64,000 nucleotides of DNA from an uncultured Gammaproteobacteria bacterium (GTDB lineage: Bacteria > Patescibacteriota > Microgenomatia > UBA8517): assembly GCA_964587425.1 (NCBI GenBank), contig CAZPLB010000002.1:102053-166052 (forward strand), given 5' to 3'. The notes under the pieces were generated by a model. It was not told the DNA's origin and did no database searches. It saw nothing but the letters and a program-made list of their open reading frames with translations. The first letter of the stretch is position 1. Each line of letters starts with the position of its first letter. Shown piece after piece: positions 60,280-64,000 of the stretch. A program made the position numbers and the translations under genes.

Positions 60280-61251
60280 TTGGGTAAGTGGTATAATCCA
60301 ATCGAAATGAAGAAACAGCAATTTATTTCATTCGTCATTCCAGCCAAAAATGAAGAAGAATCAGTTGCTCCTCTGTTCCAAGAAATCACGAAAAACATAA
60401 AAAATATAACAAACAAATTTGAAGTTATATTTGTTGACGATGGCTCGACAGATAATACCTTCCAAGAAATCACAAAACTCAGGAAAAAAAACAAAAAGGT
60501 AAAAGTATTAAAGTTGAGAGGTTGGCATGGAAAATCTATAGCTCTTAAGTCCGGATTTGAATATGCACGTGGAGAAATTATAATCACAATGGATGCAGAT
60601 CTCCAAGACAATCCCAAAGAAATAAAAAGATTTATAGATAAAATAAACGAAGGGTTTGACCTTGTCTCCGGTTGGAAGAAAAAAAGACACGATCCGATAG
60701 CCAAGACATTCCCATCAAAAATAGGCAATTGGACAACAAGACTACTAACAGGTGTAAAAATCCACGACCTTAATTGCGGTTTTAAAGCATATAGATCAGA
60801 AGTTGTTAAAAATCTCAATTTATACGGTGAACTTTACAAATACATCCCTGTACTAGTTGAGAAACAAAATTATAAAGTTACTGAAATTATAGTCGACCAC
60901 CGAAAAAGAAAATTTGGCTCATCAAAATTTGGCTGGGAAAGAAACATGAAAGGTTTTCTCGACATGTTAACAATTGTCCTCATAACCAAATATTTAAAAA
61001 GGCCTGGTCACTTCTTTGGAACTGCAGGTTTCATTTCATTTTTCGCTGGTTTTATAATTGGCCTATATATTGCATATCTAAGAATAACAACTGGGAGCAT
61101 TCAATATAGACACCCGCTTCTTTTTTTGGGAATACTCTTGATGACAATCGGAGTACAGCTTGTAACAACAGGCTTGCTAGCCGAGATGATCACCAGTTTT
61201 AACCAAAAGGGTCAGTCAAGCGCTTCACTCATCGAGAAGATATTAACATGA
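60280..61251 (+). CDS. polyprenol-phosphate sugar synthase (GtrB/ArnC-like GT2 plus C-terminal TM helices)
   Basis: ISFVIPAKNEEESV, FVDDGSTDNT, MDADLQDNPKEI, C-terminal TM pair. The likely true start is MKKQQF at 60307. Confidence 0.8.
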   Translation: MGKWYNPIEMKKQQFISFVIPAKNEEESVAPLFQEITKNIKNITNKFEVIFVDDGSTDNTFQEITKLRKKNKKVKVLKLRGWHGKSIALKSGFEYARGEIIITMDADLQDNPKEIKRFIDKINEGFDLVSGWKKKRHDPIAKTFPSKIGNWTTRLLTGVKIHDLNCGFKAYRSEVVKNLNLYGELYKYIPVLVEKQNYKVTEIIVDHRKRKFGSSKFGWERNMKGFLDMLTIVLITKYLKRPGHFFGTAGFISFFAGFIIGLYIAYLRITTGSIQYRHPLLFLGILLMTIGVQLVTTGLLAEMITSFNQKGQSSASLIEKILT

Positions 61252-62183
61252 CAAAAAAAACAATATCTGTTGTAATCCCCTGCCACAACGAAGAAAAAAA
61301 CATCCCGCACCTAATACCCGCGATAATTAAAAATTTGCCCAAAAAATATAACTACGAAATTATCCTTGTTGATGATGGTTCAAAGGATTCAACTTTCTTT
61401 CAAATTCAAAATATTGCCAAAAAAAATAAAAAAGTAAAAGGTATCGCACTCCACAGAAACTTTGGTCATCAGGCAGCATTGTTGGCAGGAGCTCAAATGA
61501 CCAAGGGCAACGCAGTAATAACGATGGATGCAGACTTCCAACACCCCCCTGAATTAATTCCTAAAATAACATCCCTCTGGGAAAAAGGTTACGATTTAGT
61601 TCAAATGCAAAAAAAAGAAGTGAAGTCAAAGAATATAATTAAACACTCAATTCGAAAATTAGGTTACTCCATCTGGGAAAAAGTAAGCGGTGGCGTATTA
61701 GTTCCAGGTGTATCAGACTTTAGATTAATGGATGCTAAAATCTGTGAATACTTAGTAGAATCTCAAGAAAGAGTAATCTTTTTAAGGGGTTTAACCAATT
61801 TGGCTGCAAGAAAGCCTATTACAATTCCATACCAAGTTGCAAAAAGAAAATTCGGCAAATCCTCCTATACATTTAATATGTTTGTAAACATGTTTATAAA
61901 TGGTTTCATTTCATTTAGCACTTTCCCTCTGAGAATTGCCGCGATAACCGGCTTCGCCATGATTTTAATATCTGGAACACTCCTCACATTGGATATAATA
62001 TTGGCAACGATTACCCACAAAAGAATAATTCAAGGGTTTACAACACTGGCATTTTTGATAATCATATTAAATGGGTTCCTTATTTTTTATATGGGAATTA
62101 TTGGAGAATATCTTGGTGTAATTTTCAAAGAGGTTAAAAAAAGACCGAAATTTTTAATTGAAAGAACAGTCAACATAAAATGA
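61248..62183 (+). CDS. polyprenol-phosphate sugar synthase (GtrB/ArnC-like GT2 plus C-terminal TM helices)
   Basis: ISVVIPCHNEEKNI, LVDDGSKDST, MDADFQHPPELI, C-terminal TM pair (IIGEYLGVIF). Confidence 0.8.
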   Translation: MTKKTISVVIPCHNEEKNIPHLIPAIIKNLPKKYNYEIILVDDGSKDSTFFQIQNIAKKNKKVKGIALHRNFGHQAALLAGAQMTKGNAVITMDADFQHPPELIPKITSLWEKGYDLVQMQKKEVKSKNIIKHSIRKLGYSIWEKVSGGVLVPGVSDFRLMDAKICEYLVESQERVIFLRGLTNLAARKPITIPYQVAKRKFGKSSYTFNMFVNMFINGFISFSTFPLRIAAITGFAMILISGTLLTLDIILATITHKRIIQGFTTLAFLIIILNGFLIFYMGIIGEYLGVIFKEVKKRPKFLIERTVNIK

Positions 62184-62995
62184 AATGTGTAGTTTGTAGA
62201 AAAGACAATTGGAGTAAAAAGTACAAAACACTCCTTAAATGTGGAGGCTGTGGTTTTGTCCGCGCAAATGATAAATTCTTTAAAATAGATCCAAAGAAAA
62301 TATATTCTAGACAATACTTCAATGGAGATGATTACTTTGATTATGAATCTGAAGAAAATGCACTCAAAGTAAACTTCAGAAATAGACTAAACAGGATACT
62401 AAAGTATAGAAAAAATGGCAAACTCCTTGAAATAGGGTGCGCTTATGGTTATTTTCTAGAGTTAGCAAGCAATAATTTTAAGACATATGGTATCGATCTA
62501 GATAAAGAAACCACCAGAATTGCCAAGAAGAATTCAAAATCAAAAATTTATACAGGTGATTTAATAAAAACAAATGTTGGTAAAAACTATGACATCATCT
62601 GCATGTTTGATGTCATTGAACATTTGAAATATCCTGATTTGTATTTCAAAAAAATATATAAAATCTTAAAACCAAACGGTGTCGTGGTGATAGAAACTGG
62701 TGATATTGGATCCACCTTGGCAAAAATTCAAAAAGAAAAATGGAGATTGATTAAACCTCCATTTCATCTGCAATATTTTGACAGAAAAACTCTCCACCAA
62801 TTTTTGTCTAAGAATAAACTCGAAGTCAAACTTTCAGAACATACAAGCTTTGAGAGAACATTAAGTCAAACTATCTACAGACTCCACCCATCTCCAGTAA
62901 CAAACAAAATCTCGGAATACATCCCTAAATTTTCCTTCTCTATAAATACAAACGATATATTATTTGTTATCGCTCAAAAAACGATATCTAACTAA
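62180..62995 (+). CDS. class I SAM-dependent methyltransferase with an N-terminal C4 zinc ribbon
   Basis: CVVCRKDNW...CGGCGF, then LLEIGCAYGYFLE, GIDLD, MFDVIEHL. Confidence 0.65.
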   Translation: MKCVVCRKDNWSKKYKTLLKCGGCGFVRANDKFFKIDPKKIYSRQYFNGDDYFDYESEENALKVNFRNRLNRILKYRKNGKLLEIGCAYGYFLELASNNFKTYGIDLDKETTRIAKKNSKSKIYTGDLIKTNVGKNYDIICMFDVIEHLKYPDLYFKKIYKILKPNGVVVIETGDIGSTLAKIQKEKWRLIKPPFHLQYFDRKTLHQFLSKNKLEVKLSEHTSFERTLSQTIYRLHPSPVTNKISEYIPKFSFSINTNDILFVIAQKTISN

Positions 62996-63976
62996 ATCGA
63001 GATGGACAGTAACTGGATAATCAAGGCATCCAACTCGAATAGTAGGCGTATCTAAACCCATTGAAGGAAGGTCAAAGGTGTAATCCCTCTCTAGGCCATC
63101 TGCATGCAATATGAAAGGTATCACTCCCTTTCCGTACGACTTCGAGCTCCATTCAACACAAGCTGTTACTCCACTTTTCAGCAATGCCAAAAGCGCACTC
63201 TTATCCGAATTTGTTTCAATGTGTTGCACTGGGGAAATCCGTACCTTCTGCACTAAATTGGGATCAATATCGCCAAAGCCTGCTGGGATTAAGTTTATGT
63301 CGCTAATCGACGGTCTATCTCCTCCAGTTTCAATTATTTTTATTTCAATCAGCTTCAACCGCCTTTTGGGAAATAATACTTTAATAACGCCGTCCTTAAA
63401 AGTACTCATCTCAGTATTCACATTAATTCCATCAAGCTTAACCTCAACTTTCTTCGGCTTTCGAACTTCACTCTGACCCTTTATTATTATTCCATCCAAC
63501 AAATTACTGGATTTAAAAGATAGGGTGATAACTGGCTTAACCCCTTCAAACCAGTCTCTTTCCCCAAGCCAATAGCTATCTTGAAACGACACATCTGTCA
63601 TACTCTTGGGATCTGTCCCCTCGCTCGAGCTTGTTGCCGCTATTGTAACCTCATTCCTTAAACCCTCTGAAATCCTAATAAAATCAAGGTAATGTGAAAT
63701 TCCAACATCCGCAGAAATACAATCAGTACATTTATCCAAAGGAGGAACAAAATCATGAACATCTGCCTTCAATCTCAATACCATAGTTGTAGGGATAGTA
63801 GGTATAAACCCAGTCATCACAAATTCATCCTTTTGAGACTTTAAATAAATCTTGTTACTTCTCGAAATATTCTTGGCCAATAAATCTCTCGACTCTTCTG
63901 TAGTATCAATCAATTTACTCCCATTCCAGTAGAATGCATACAGCCTATTGCTTGGCACGTTTCCATCTCTCCACAT
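62960..63976 (-). CDS. hypothetical protein with a discoidin-like segment; the frame stays open to the window end, so the true start may lie beyond 64000
   Basis: 338-aa ORF. SFQDSYWLGERDWFEGVKPVITLSF...DGIIIKG is reminiscent of an F5/8 type C domain. There is no stop between 63977 and 64000 in frame. Confidence 0.3.
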   Translation of the reverse strand: MWRDGNVPSNRLYAFYWNGSKLIDTTEESRDLLAKNISRSNKIYLKSQKDEFVMTGFIPTIPTTMVLRLKADVHDFVPPLDKCTDCISADVGISHYLDFIRISEGLRNEVTIAATSSSEGTDPKSMTDVSFQDSYWLGERDWFEGVKPVITLSFKSSNLLDGIIIKGQSEVRKPKKVEVKLDGINVNTEMSTFKDGVIKVLFPKRRLKLIEIKIIETGGDRPSISDINLIPAGFGDIDPNLVQKVRISPVQHIETNSDKSALLALLKSGVTACVEWSSKSYGKGVIPFILHADGLERDYTFDLPSMGLDTPTIRVGCLDYPVTVHLDLVRYRFLSDNK

Positions 63977-64000
63977 CCTTGTAAAAAGATCACTTTCTGT

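Noticed and set aside
60247-60297. Promoter upstream of the GtrB-like gene at 60280 (TTGTGA ... TATAAT)
   Set aside because: The -35-like and -10-like hexamers are 39 nt apart, and the TATAAT lies inside the annotated ORF start region. The spacing is incompatible with a sigma70-type promoter.
62180-62995. TylC3-type sugar C-methyltransferase call for the Zn-ribbon methyltransferase
   Set aside because: Those enzymes are about 400 aa and have an additional C-terminal domain. This ORF is 271 aa, so I kept only the generic class I MTase call.
1-64000. CRISPR array or cas operon to go with the Cas4-like gene
   Set aside because: I found no direct repeats of 25-40 nt with regular spacers anywhere, and no other cas genes. 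The window is almost entirely protein-coding.

Overview
This is an AT-rich window in which nearly every base is coding and genes frequently overlap at stop/start. Short RecO, TspO, Rpf-like and DUF4012 proteins together with a very high glycosyltransferase load suggest a CPR/Patescibacteria-type (Microgenomates-like) genome; this is inference only. Two housekeeping genes anchor it, glycyl-tRNA synthetase (1481..2785) and RecO (9303..9851). The window has two distinct parts.

(1) A roughly 6-kb nuclease/methyltransferase island at about 2.8-8.6 kb. It contains a standalone Cas4/RecB-like PD-(D/E)XK nuclease with a 4-Cys cluster. It also contains a DUF2130-like protein (Zn-ribbon, coiled coil, PD-(D/E)XK-like C-terminus). 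That gene overlaps and shares an operon with a fusion of a PUA-like (EVE/DCD-type) reader domain to a Vsr/DUF559-type endonuclease. Directly upstream of the fusion is a beta-class amino-DNA methyltransferase with an SPPY motif (N4C-type).

(2) A roughly 51-kb glycan-biosynthesis supercluster from 11952 to about 63000. It opens with a DUF4012 protein, a priming polyprenyl-phosphate glycosyl-phosphotransferase and a GDP-mannose pyrophosphorylase. It then carries 11 GT2, 6 GT4 (one frameshifted) and about 10 polytopic GT-C-like membrane glycosyltransferases (ArnT/PMT-like, YfhO-like, AftD/DUF3367-like, two with discoidin domains), a Wzx flippase and a Wzy/O-antigen-ligase-like protein. It also encodes four GtrB/DPM1-like polyprenol-phosphate-sugar synthases (three adjacent), six class I SAM methyltransferases, a sulfotransferase, a hexapeptide acetyltransferase, a HAD phosphatase, a CrtI/amine-oxidase-like flavoprotein and an atypical kinase-like protein.

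The repeated motif [polyprenol-P-sugar synthase + GT-C + methyltransferase] points to extracytoplasmic assembly of a mannose-rich glycan that is probably O-methylated and sulfated, or to a protein/cell-wall glycosylation system. I could not identify any rRNA, tRNA, CRISPR array, transposase or integrase.
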